A DNA stretch of 26,068 nucleotides from a virus. Lineage: Duplodnaviria; Caudoviricetes. Each line of letters begins with the position of its first letter. Position 1 is the first letter of the stretch. The notes beneath the pieces were generated by a model, which saw only the letters and a program-made list of their open reading frames with translations, ran no database searches and had not been told where the DNA came from. The position numbers and the translations under genes were made by a program. The stretch covers positions 1 through 26,068 of the IMG/VR virus record IMGVR_UViG_3300047390_000225; one strand, given 5' to 3'. This document shows, piece after piece, positions 14,587 through 21,745 of the stretch.

Positions 14587-16503
14587 TTATTTATGATTAT
14601 GTTGCATTTCTGCTTGATGCATCATATAGATATTATTATATCCCATTTTGCTAAATTCTTGGCAAACAACTACCATTTCGCAATCTGGATTGCCAGTCAC
14701 TGTATTAATATACCCCCACCTTACCCCAGCCCTAAAGGCTTCGGCCTTATATAGGCAAAATCCACTAGAGACAGAGTAGTATTTTTTATAGGGCAATTTC
14801 CTGTATATTTCAAAATTTTCTCCAATTGCACGATCATACTCAGCCTGCTCTCTTGTTGCCCAGTGATCATAAAGGGATCTTTTTCTTAAAGTGGCAGAAG
14901 CAACAACATCAAAGTCTGGCTCTAGTTTTTTAAAATTTAAAACTTTTTCCACTGCAGGCATTTTAAATTCAACGTCAATATCTATTATCAAGACATAGTC
15001 AACATTTTCTAAGAAGTTGTTAGCAGTAAGGGCCTTATTTCTTGCTACCGATAAATTCTTTACTCTATCTTCATCTTTTGTTGAGCCATAAAACCGTGTA
15101 TTAATTTTTTCTGAAACAATAGATATGCCAGCAAACATTGAATAATCTTGTTGAAATATTAAATTTTTTGTTGAGTCTGTTGAATCATTTTCGTATAACG
15201 ACAAATAGAATTCATATTCTGGGAAAAAATCAACCATTGCCCTAAGCCTATTGTAGTAATTAACATAAAAACCTTCATCATCCCTAACAATAGAGCATAT
15301 TAAGATTTTTTCTTTTACTTTTTTTAGTTCAACTTTTGCTATTTTATTTTTAACATATTTACCTATGCAGTTATCAATAAAGTCTGAATAGTCTTTTTTA
15401 ATTTTATCCCAGTTATAGGTTTGTGAGTGCTTATATGAATTATCACATAAATCTTTGTATGTTCTTTCATTTTTAAGGATTTTAATTTTTGCATAAAAAT
15501 CATCCTCGCTATCTGCAATAAGCATTGACTCTTCCACTTCTTGACTAGAGAATCCCCTTGCCCCTATAGTTGATGTTATTATTGGAATCCCATATCCTAA
15601 TGCCTTCATCATTTTTAAATGAGTTCCAGATCCACTAGACATAGGGTTTATAAATGCAAATGATGTTCTAAAATATTTATCTAAGGTCTCATCATCTACA
15701 TGACCAGTAATATGAACATTGCTTGAAATGCTCCCAGCCTTAATTCCATTACCACATCCGCCGATAATAATAAAATTAAATTCTGGCAATGATTTAGCAA
15801 AACTAACTACTGCTCTTGCTGCAACCTTATTAGGTGGATGTCCACTACCTACAAAAATAATATCTCTAGAATTAAGTCTATTTTTGTAATCAATCTTATT
15901 TTGAATTGTCGTACCATTGGGAATGTATGTTCCAGAAATATCTTTACCGTAGTAGTTTTGTAATTTTATAAAGTCTAATTTTGAACAATATGTAATTTCT
16001 TTTGCTTGATTTAAAATGCGGGTTTCCATGTTTTCAACTATAGCAAGAAGTTCTGCATTATTGATATGAACCTGCTTGGCTAGTTCTAGTTCTGCATTAT
16101 GTGAGTTATATATGATTGGAATATTTTTAATGTTTTTAACAAGAGGTGATACTGAATAATGGTCAACAATTAAAATGTCATGCTCTTTTGACAAATCTGC
16201 TAAAACTTTAGTAAAAATGTTTAAATCATCATTTAATATTTCAAAAACAGCATCATGATTAGCGCTAGCAAAATCAGAAATAAGATTTTTTCTACGTCTA
16301 AGCATAGCAGATCCTATCTGTGGCTGTAAATAAGTAATATTATTACCTATCTTTTTATTAATTAGTTCATTGTTCCAATTAAAGGACAAGAACGTAACTT
16401 CATGATCAGTTAAGGCCTCAAGCAAGGTTGCAGTTCTTTCTTTTCCCCCACTATTTTTTGACCAATCTGGTAAGTTAGCGCTTACAACTAATATTTTTGC
16501 CAT
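14587..16503 (-). CDS. fused glycosyltransferase: GT-B (GT4-like) N-domain plus GT-A (CAP59/Anp1-like) C-domain
   Basis: SGGKER, YNSHNAE, IPNG, FVGSGHPPN, P...GSGTHLKMMKALGYGIPIITS. Then YENDSTDST, RVKNLSVARNKAL, DID, YDHWATR, CEMVVVC. Start ATG16503. Confidence 0.85.
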   Translation of the reverse strand: MAKILVVSANLPDWSKNSGGKERTATLLEALTDHEVTFLSFNWNNELINKKIGNNITYLQPQIGSAMLRRRKNLISDFASANHDAVFEILNDDLNIFTKVLADLSKEHDILIVDHYSVSPLVKNIKNIPIIYNSHNAELELAKQVHINNAELLAIVENMETRILNQAKEITYCSKLDFIKLQNYYGKDISGTYIPNGTTIQNKIDYKNRLNSRDIIFVGSGHPPNKVAARAVVSFAKSLPEFNFIIIGGCGNGIKAGSISSNVHITGHVDDETLDKYFRTSFAFINPMSSGSGTHLKMMKALGYGIPIITSTIGARGFSSQEVEESMLIADSEDDFYAKIKILKNERTYKDLCDNSYKHSQTYNWDKIKKDYSDFIDNCIGKYVKNKIAKVELKKVKEKILICSIVRDDEGFYVNYYNRLRAMVDFFPEYEFYLSLYENDSTDSTKNLIFQQDYSMFAGISIVSEKINTRFYGSTKDEDRVKNLSVARNKALTANNFLENVDYVLIIDIDVEFKMPAVEKVLNFKKLEPDFDVVASATLRKRSLYDHWATREQAEYDRAIGENFEIYRKLPYKKYYSVSSGFCLYKAEAFRAGVRWGYINTVTGNPDCEMVVVCQEFSKMGYNNIYMMHQAEMQHNHK

Positions 16504-16537
16504 ATTACCCATTATACCCTATGCTATAATTTTTAAA
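16504..16537. promoter_or_regulatory. back-to-back leaderless promoters
   Basis: Minus: TATAAT 16516-16511, 7 nt, ATG16503. Plus: TGCTATAAT 16522-16530, 7 nt, ATG16538. Confidence 0.75.
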
Positions 16538-17215
16538 ATGGACTATGTATATATATGTCGTAGTGGCGACAATGATGAGTTAAGGTATTCATTAAGGTCA
16601 ATTGAAGAAAATATGTCAGAAGGAAGAGTCTGGGTTGTTGGTCATAGGCCAATTTGGTATATAGGTGATTTTATACCTGTAGATGATATTGGTGGAAAGT
16701 TTGATAATATTAGAAACTGTATAAAGGTTGTTTCTGAAAACAAAGATATCTCTGAAAATTTTATTTTAATGAATGATGATTTTTTTGCTCTAAAAAAAAT
16801 AAATGAAGTGCCAATATTTCACGGTGGCTTATTAAAAGATAAGATTGAAAGATATAAAGAGCAAAGGATGGCTTCTAAATATATAAGGCTATTAGAACTA
16901 ACATATAATCAATTACTTGCGAATAATGTTAAAGATCCAATCGATTATGACATTCATGTTCCCATGAAAATAAATAAAGAAAAATTGCGTCAAACGATAA
17001 GTGTGGCATATTTCCCAAGATCTTCTTACGGAAACATGGCAGCAATTGGCGGTGCAAAAATTAAAGATGTAAAAATGTACGGTTCAGCAAAAATTGACCA
17101 GAAAAATAATTTTGATTTTATATCAACAGAGGATGGCTCATTTGTATCTCTTAGGGATAGTTTTCTTAAACAAAAGTTTTCAAAGACAGGAAAACTTGAA
17201 AACCCTAATTATTAA
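16538..17215 (+). CDS. Stealth-family-like sugar-phosphate transferase
   Basis: DYVY (CR1-like), DELRYSLRSIE...VWVVG..P.W...SENFILMNDDFF (CR2), HVP (CR3-like). Confidence 0.7.
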   Translation: MDYVYICRSGDNDELRYSLRSIEENMSEGRVWVVGHRPIWYIGDFIPVDDIGGKFDNIRNCIKVVSENKDISENFILMNDDFFALKKINEVPIFHGGLLKDKIERYKEQRMASKYIRLLELTYNQLLANNVKDPIDYDIHVPMKINKEKLRQTISVAYFPRSSYGNMAAIGGAKIKDVKMYGSAKIDQKNNFDFISTEDGSFVSLRDSFLKQKFSKTGKLENPNY

Positions 17216-17217
17216 AG

Positions 17218-17290
17218 TACCTTTGGCAGGAATCAAACCTGCGACGCTTGGCTTAGAAGTCCAACTTTCTATCCACTGAACTACAAAGGC
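17218..17290 (-). tRNA. trnR: tRNA-Arg(TCT), with several non-canonical positions
   Basis: GCCTTTG/CAAAGGT acceptor stem, anticodon loop CT-TCT-AA, T-arm GCAGG-TTTGATT-CCTGC. No encoded CCA. Confidence 0.8.
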
Positions 17291-17302
17291 TTGTAATATT
17301 TG

Positions 17303-17375
17303 CTGGGCTAGTAGGCCTCGATCCTACGACTTGCGAATTAACAGTTCGCCACTCTACCAACTGAGTTATAGCCCA
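17303..17375 (-). tRNA. trnN: tRNA-Asn(GTT)
   Basis: TGGGCTA/TAGCCCA, ACTC/GAGT D-stem, GCGAA-CT-GTT-AA-TTCGC, T-arm GTAGG-ATCGAGG-CCTAC, discriminator G. No CCA. Confidence 0.9.
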
Positions 17376-17379
17376 CTAG

Positions 17380-17453
17380 TACACTAGGTAGGACTTGAAC
17401 CTACGATAGCCGAATTATGAGTTCGGTGCCTTAACCAACTTGGCTACTAGTGC
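17380..17453 (-). tRNA. tRNA with CAT anticodon (Ile2/lysidine or elongator Met; not initiator)
   Basis: GCACTAG/CTAGTGT, CCGAA-CT-CAT-AA-TTCGG, GTAGG-TTCAAGT-CCTAC. Lacks the C1:A72 mismatch and three G-C pairs of fMet tRNA. Confidence 0.9.
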
Positions 17454-17459
17454 ATTTTG

Positions 17460-17532
17460 CGTCCCCAACGGGATTTGAACCCGTGTTAACGCCGTGAAAG
17501 GGCGACGTCCTAGGCCACTAGACGATGGGGAC
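17460..17532 (-). tRNA. trnE: tRNA-Glu(TTC)
   Basis: GTCCCCA/TGGGGAC, anticodon loop CT-TTC-AC, ACGGG-TTCAAAT-CCCGT, discriminator G. No CCA. Confidence 0.95.
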
Positions 17533-17534
17533 AG

Positions 17535-17549
17535 TGCTATAATGATTAG
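17535..17549 (+). promoter_or_regulatory. extended -10 promoter, leaderless
   Basis: TGCTATAAT (17535-17543), 6 nt, ATG17550. Confidence 0.7.
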
Positions 17550-18179
17550 ATGAATACATTTGACATTTTATCTTTTAAACCTATTCTTATTGATAATTTT
17601 TTTACTGAAGAACATATAAATCATATCACAGAATTTATTAATAGTCAAATCAATAAAAATATTAATAATAAAAAAGAAATGTATTCTGATTTTGAAAAAA
17701 ATGAAAAACTAGGATGCTTTACCTATAGTTTTAAAAAAGATGAAATAATTGCAACAAGAGATTATGTATCAGAACAAATAAAAAAAATATTAAACTTTGA
17801 TATTCATTCAAATTCTATTGACTTGAAATATCAAAGATACACCCCAAAAACTGGAAACTATTCGCCAGAATTGAAGCCACACGTTGACAGAATAGACCAA
17901 ACACACTATATGTCGTTTAGTCTACCAATAAACAACAAAGAGGTTTGGCCAATATATTTAGATAAAAAAAAATATGTAATTAAAAACAATCAAGCGTTAT
18001 TTTTTAACGTGTCAAATACTATTCATTGGAGACCAAAAAAGGAATTTTTAGAAGATCAATACTACGATGTATTAATTTTAAGATTTTATGATAGAGATAA
18101 TCGAATTTTGGTAGAGCCAGACCTTTTAGACAAATTAGAAAATAAAAGAATTTCCATTCTTATCAATTCTTATTATTAA
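17550..18179 (+). CDS. 2OG-Fe(II) oxygenase-like protein (divergent)
   Basis: RY...LKPHVD (HxD), WPIYLD, NQALFF, IHWRP. Confidence 0.7.
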   Translation: MNTFDILSFKPILIDNFFTEEHINHITEFINSQINKNINNKKEMYSDFEKNEKLGCFTYSFKKDEIIATRDYVSEQIKKILNFDIHSNSIDLKYQRYTPKTGNYSPELKPHVDRIDQTHYMSFSLPINNKEVWPIYLDKKKYVIKNNQALFFNVSNTIHWRPKKEFLEDQYYDVLILRFYDRDNRILVEPDLLDKLENKRISILINSYY

Positions 18180-18183
18180 TTAT

Positions 18184-18732
18184 TTATTTTAAAAAATCTG
18201 GATCTGAGTATTTTTTTAATGATGTGTGCATATAAAGCGCAGTATATCTATGTCCAGAGCCAATTTCTGTTATTCCATGAATATATTCTGTCCCAGCGCT
18301 AGGGAAAAATACAGCAGAAAATTTTTTAGGCTTATAGGTAAATCCTTGATTGGGAAAGTAAATTTCTCCACCTTCATATTCCGAAGGATCATTAAGATAC
18401 ATGATAGTGCTCCATTCAATAAATGGCTCTGGTCCTTGGGCGTCTATATGCAAATCACCCTTAGTACCAGCAGTCCAGTGCGAGCCAAATGCTTTAAATA
18501 CATAAATATCGTTTAAGTAACCGTTTAAAGATTTATGAATATTGTTAGTTTTATTCCCGTATTTAATTAAAATGCTCATTACATTGTCATTATAAGGAAA
18601 AGCCGTGCCCCCATATCTTTTTTTATAGTACTCTGGATAAGGGTTTGTTTCAGAAGGATTATTCATTTCTGAAATTAACCTTAAAGCATCTTTCTCTTCA
18701 ATAAAGTCTTCAATTACAGATATTCTATGCAT
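18184..18732 (-). CDS. 2OG-Fe(II) oxygenase (prolyl 4-hydroxylase-like)
   Basis: HID, MYLND..EYEGGEIYFP, KP...AVFFPS, IHGI, SGHRY. Confidence 0.9.
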   Translation of the reverse strand: MHRISVIEDFIEEKDALRLISEMNNPSETNPYPEYYKKRYGGTAFPYNDNVMSILIKYGNKTNNIHKSLNGYLNDIYVFKAFGSHWTAGTKGDLHIDAQGPEPFIEWSTIMYLNDPSEYEGGEIYFPNQGFTYKPKKFSAVFFPSAGTEYIHGITEIGSGHRYTALYMHTSLKKYSDPDFLK

Positions 18733-18733
18733 A

Positions 18734-19666
18734 TCATTCCACCTCTTTAACTTGTTTTATGAATCTTCTTCCACCTAGTTTATCATAAGATGTTTCGCTA
18801 ACCCTATAAGAAACATCATTTCCCCAAAAAGGAAGCCAATGAAGACTTGAAAAATCAAAATTATGCTTTTGGGAAAATTTTTCTATTTTTTCTTTACCGT
18901 AATTTCCTATCATTTCGTTTGCCCCTGTTTTAAATAATTTTATAACTTGATTATAATTGTGATATTTAGAAAAAGGAACATAATAATTAAAGTCAGACAG
19001 GGTGCTATATTGGCTTATGTTTACCCTATTTGTTGGGGCGGCAACAATTTCTATGTTATCTGTACAATATTGCAAAGACAAAAGTTCTTCTTCTCCGTAA
19101 TACTTTAACCATCCTGGAAAATTATAATCTCCAATTTTGCTATTTTTCATCATAACTACATTTCCAAAGATTAAATTTCTATCTATATAGTTAGTAACCG
19201 TGTAGTCTAAAACATCACTAAATGTCTTATTTACATAAAAAATTTTTGAGTTATCAAACTTTACTTGTTTATTTCCAGAAATAATAACATTCTTGTCTTT
19301 TACATAGTCGATAAATTCAGTGTCCCAGTTTTGAAATAGTTCAGTTCCTGGCGTTATTGTCATATGATATTTGCCACCCATAGTTGCCTTTAACCTATTA
19401 TCTTTGTATTGTACGGCTCCCTCATTATTGTCCCAGTTAATATGGAAGTAATCTCCATTACAGTTATCATAAGCATTGACCAAGTTCTCAAGAAGTTTTG
19501 ACCTATCTATTGCATTTTGATCATGCCAATGAATAAAAATAAAAATACTTTTAGATCTTTTTTTTAGTAAGTCTTCTAATGTATCTATAGCATTCTTGCT
19601 TTTGTAAGAATACATAACAACATTAATGCTTTCCCACTCTTTGTTAATATTTGTATTGTCTGTCAT
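18734..19666 (-). CDS. GT-A fold protein, degenerate Gnt1/GT60 (GlcNAc transferase)-like
   Basis: INVVMYSYK...TLEDL; KYHMTITPGTELFQNWDTEFI resembles Y.lqiDsHtrF...WD..lI; YYGEEELLS resembles F.GEE..ls. The DxH motif is absent. Confidence 0.45.
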   Translation of the reverse strand: MTDNTNINKEWESINVVMYSYKSKNAIDTLEDLLKKRSKSIFIFIHWHDQNAIDRSKLLENLVNAYDNCNGDYFHINWDNNEGAVQYKDNRLKATMGGKYHMTITPGTELFQNWDTEFIDYVKDKNVIISGNKQVKFDNSKIFYVNKTFSDVLDYTVTNYIDRNLIFGNVVMMKNSKIGDYNFPGWLKYYGEEELLSLQYCTDNIEIVAAPTNRVNISQYSTLSDFNYYVPFSKYHNYNQVIKLFKTGANEMIGNYGKEKIEKFSQKHNFDFSSLHWLPFWGNDVSYRVSETSYDKLGGRRFIKQVKEVE

Positions 19667-20395
19667 TTATTTAAAATTTTTCCTTTTCCAGATATCTTTT
19701 TTATAGTATCCAGTAACAACTGTTCTTCTATTTTCTGCCTTGAATTCTTCTTCTTCAATAATCTCATTGCTATCGTCAACCTCTATTTCCCAAGAGTCTC
19801 TTTTAAAAGGAAAAAATTGCATAACTGGAGTACCTTTTGGAATAGTTCCGATAAAGTTTCTTTTTACAAAAAAAGAAAAAAAGACTGGCAAGCCCCAAGA
19901 GTCTGAGTCTACAACTCCAGAAAGAGTATAGAATGGTAGATCGTACCTGTTCATTGGGTGAGTCACTAGGACAGAATATCCTGGAGGTGTTCTATAAAAC
20001 CAATTCATTCTTACTCCAAAGTGTACTGGATGACAGTCTCCTGGTATTGGAACCTCAAGGGTTGGTCGCTTATCGATCAACATAACGTCACCTTTCCAAG
20101 TTAACTTTGGATATCCGTGTTCATTTTGACTAACCTCAAGATCATCTTCCAGTAAATAGTAATAGCCAGATGTTAGTGCGTCAAAAAATGGAATACATTT
20201 TTTTGTTGCAACTAAAGTTCCATCCGTACCTACATGGTTTATTGGATTTAAATTTTTTTCACTATTTGTTGGGCCGTACAAAGATAAACTTTTATACCAC
20301 TCTGGTACTTGAGAAATTGCTGGTACAGGGGGGATTAGTTTATTTTCAAAGTCTTTAATTGTTGGAATAAAAGTTAGTTTTTTATTTTTACTCAT
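19667..20395 (-). CDS. DUF6065/dUTPase-fold-like protein, paralog B
   Basis: P.PA....PEWYK, KKCIPFFDALTSGY, TPPGYSVLVTHPMNR, LPF..LSGVVDSD, IPKGTPVMQFFPFKRD. Confidence 0.6.
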   Translation of the reverse strand: MSKNKKLTFIPTIKDFENKLIPPVPAISQVPEWYKSLSLYGPTNSEKNLNPINHVGTDGTLVATKKCIPFFDALTSGYYYLLEDDLEVSQNEHGYPKLTWKGDVMLIDKRPTLEVPIPGDCHPVHFGVRMNWFYRTPPGYSVLVTHPMNRYDLPFYTLSGVVDSDSWGLPVFFSFFVKRNFIGTIPKGTPVMQFFPFKRDSWEIEVDDSNEIIEEEEFKAENRRTVVTGYYKKDIWKRKNFK

Positions 20396-21120
20396 TTATA
20401 GTCTTTTGCAACCCTCATGTTATTTCTATAAAAATTTTTAAATTTACTTCTTATTAAAAGTCTTTGAGACAATAAAGTTTTATTAGATTCCTCAACATCA
20501 ACTAATTCCATAGAATAATTATCTCTTTTAAAAGGAATTACCTGAACTAGGGGAGTTCCTCTCTCTAAAACCCCTTTAAATCCTTTTTCTAGTTGTATTG
20601 AAAAGTGACCGTCTGTAATAAATTTATCTGTATCTACTATTCCGCCAAATGTTCTAAATGGTAATTGATCTGAGTGAAAAGGATGAGTAAACAAAGTGCT
20701 ATATCCTTTTTCTGTTCCAACAGACCAAAACGGCATAATTCTAAAAATTTCTTTATGGTATTGTTTTTCATTTAGGGGATAGTGAGATACTTGCTCTGGA
20801 GCATGAGAAGAAACTAACTCTCGCTTTACTTGACTAGCAAAAGATGGCACAGACCACTTTAGTTTATTCGGATCTGTTGCATCTACATATATGTCACAAG
20901 GAATATATATAATATATCCGCTAGTAATAATATCAAAAATTGGCATACATCTTTTTACTGTTGATCCAGTCCCGCCAGTCTTTAACATTTGTTCTTCGTC
21001 TGATGTGCCGTATGCTGGTTGTTGTTTGTACCATTCTGGAATATTTTTAGATGCTGGTGTTGGCGCAGGAGACATTGCTTGGGTTTCTTTACTAAAAGGA
21101 TAAAACTTAATCTTTGCCAT
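20392..21120 (-). CDS. DUF6065/dUTPase-fold-like protein, paralog A
   Basis: P.PASKNIPEWYK, VKRCMPIFDIITSGY, GYSTLFTHP, LPF..FGGIVDTD, LERGTPLVQVIPFKRD. Same length (242 aa) as paralog B. Confidence 0.6.
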   Translation of the reverse strand: MAKIKFYPFSKETQAMSPAPTPASKNIPEWYKQQPAYGTSDEEQMLKTGGTGSTVKRCMPIFDIITSGYIIYIPCDIYVDATDPNKLKWSVPSFASQVKRELVSSHAPEQVSHYPLNEKQYHKEIFRIMPFWSVGTEKGYSTLFTHPFHSDQLPFRTFGGIVDTDKFITDGHFSIQLEKGFKGVLERGTPLVQVIPFKRDNYSMELVDVEESNKTLLSQRLLIRSKFKNFYRNNMRVAKDYK

Positions 21121-21745
21121 AAAACTCCTTAATTCTTGCTACAACATCATTCTCTGCGGTAAAAGTAATGAAGTAGGCTGGTTGCCTTCTTTTAATTCTA
21201 CCATACCCGTCTGGGTTTATGTGTGAGCCTTTGTTTTTAAATTGAAAAAGTAGCATTTTTGGATCAATAATATCTGAATTTTCTTTGCTAGAAATATATT
21301 TTTCCTCATAAAAATAAAATGGAGAGTCCTTTGGTCTGGAAATGTCGATTTCAATCCCATCGCAATCAATAAACCAGGTCATTGCCCATCTAAAAATTTC
21401 GCTAAAACATTCTTCATTTTCTATAGTTTTTTCTCCATATTTATAAAACTGCCTCATGTGTATTTTTTCTATGGCATCTAGTTTACTATTTTTTTCTAGC
21501 AAAAAAACCTCTGCAAAGTTTTCTTGACACAACGTAACTGTGTTGTCTATAATCGAAACCAATCTAGGGGGTGATGATAATTTATACATATATTTATTGA
21601 TTGGCTTTATAATTGAATCTTTATACTCTGTTTTTAAAATTTCATCATAGTCTAACCAGTCATTTTTTATATTAGACCTTTTATTAATAAAGACAAATGA
21701 TTTTTTTGTAGAATTTTCCCAAATATTAAAATCAAAATTGTTCAT
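21107..21745 (-). CDS. hypothetical protein, possibly a third divergent paralog of the adjacent pair
   Basis: FRWAMTWFIDCDGIEIDISRPKDSPF...GRIKRRQPAYFITF loosely parallels FRIMPFWSVGTEKGYSTLFTHP..DQLPF...GVLERGTPLVQVIPF. Confidence 0.6.
   Translation of the reverse strand: MNNFDFNIWENSTKKSFVFINKRSNIKNDWLDYDEILKTEYKDSIIKPINKYMYKLSSPPRLVSIIDNTVTLCQENFAEVFLLEKNSKLDAIEKIHMRQFYKYGEKTIENEECFSEIFRWAMTWFIDCDGIEIDISRPKDSPFYFYEEKYISSKENSDIIDPKMLLFQFKNKGSHINPDGYGRIKRRQPAYFITFTAENDVVARIKEFYGKD

Noticed and set aside
17380-17453. Initiator tRNA-fMet
   Set aside because: Position 1:72 is G-T rather than C:A, and the anticodon stem lacks the three consecutive G-C pairs.
19667-21120. Canonical dUTPase/dCTP deaminase call
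   Set aside because: Only partial motif resemblance (G.VD.D, G.P..Q). The RS motif and Gly-rich C-terminal motif are not seen.
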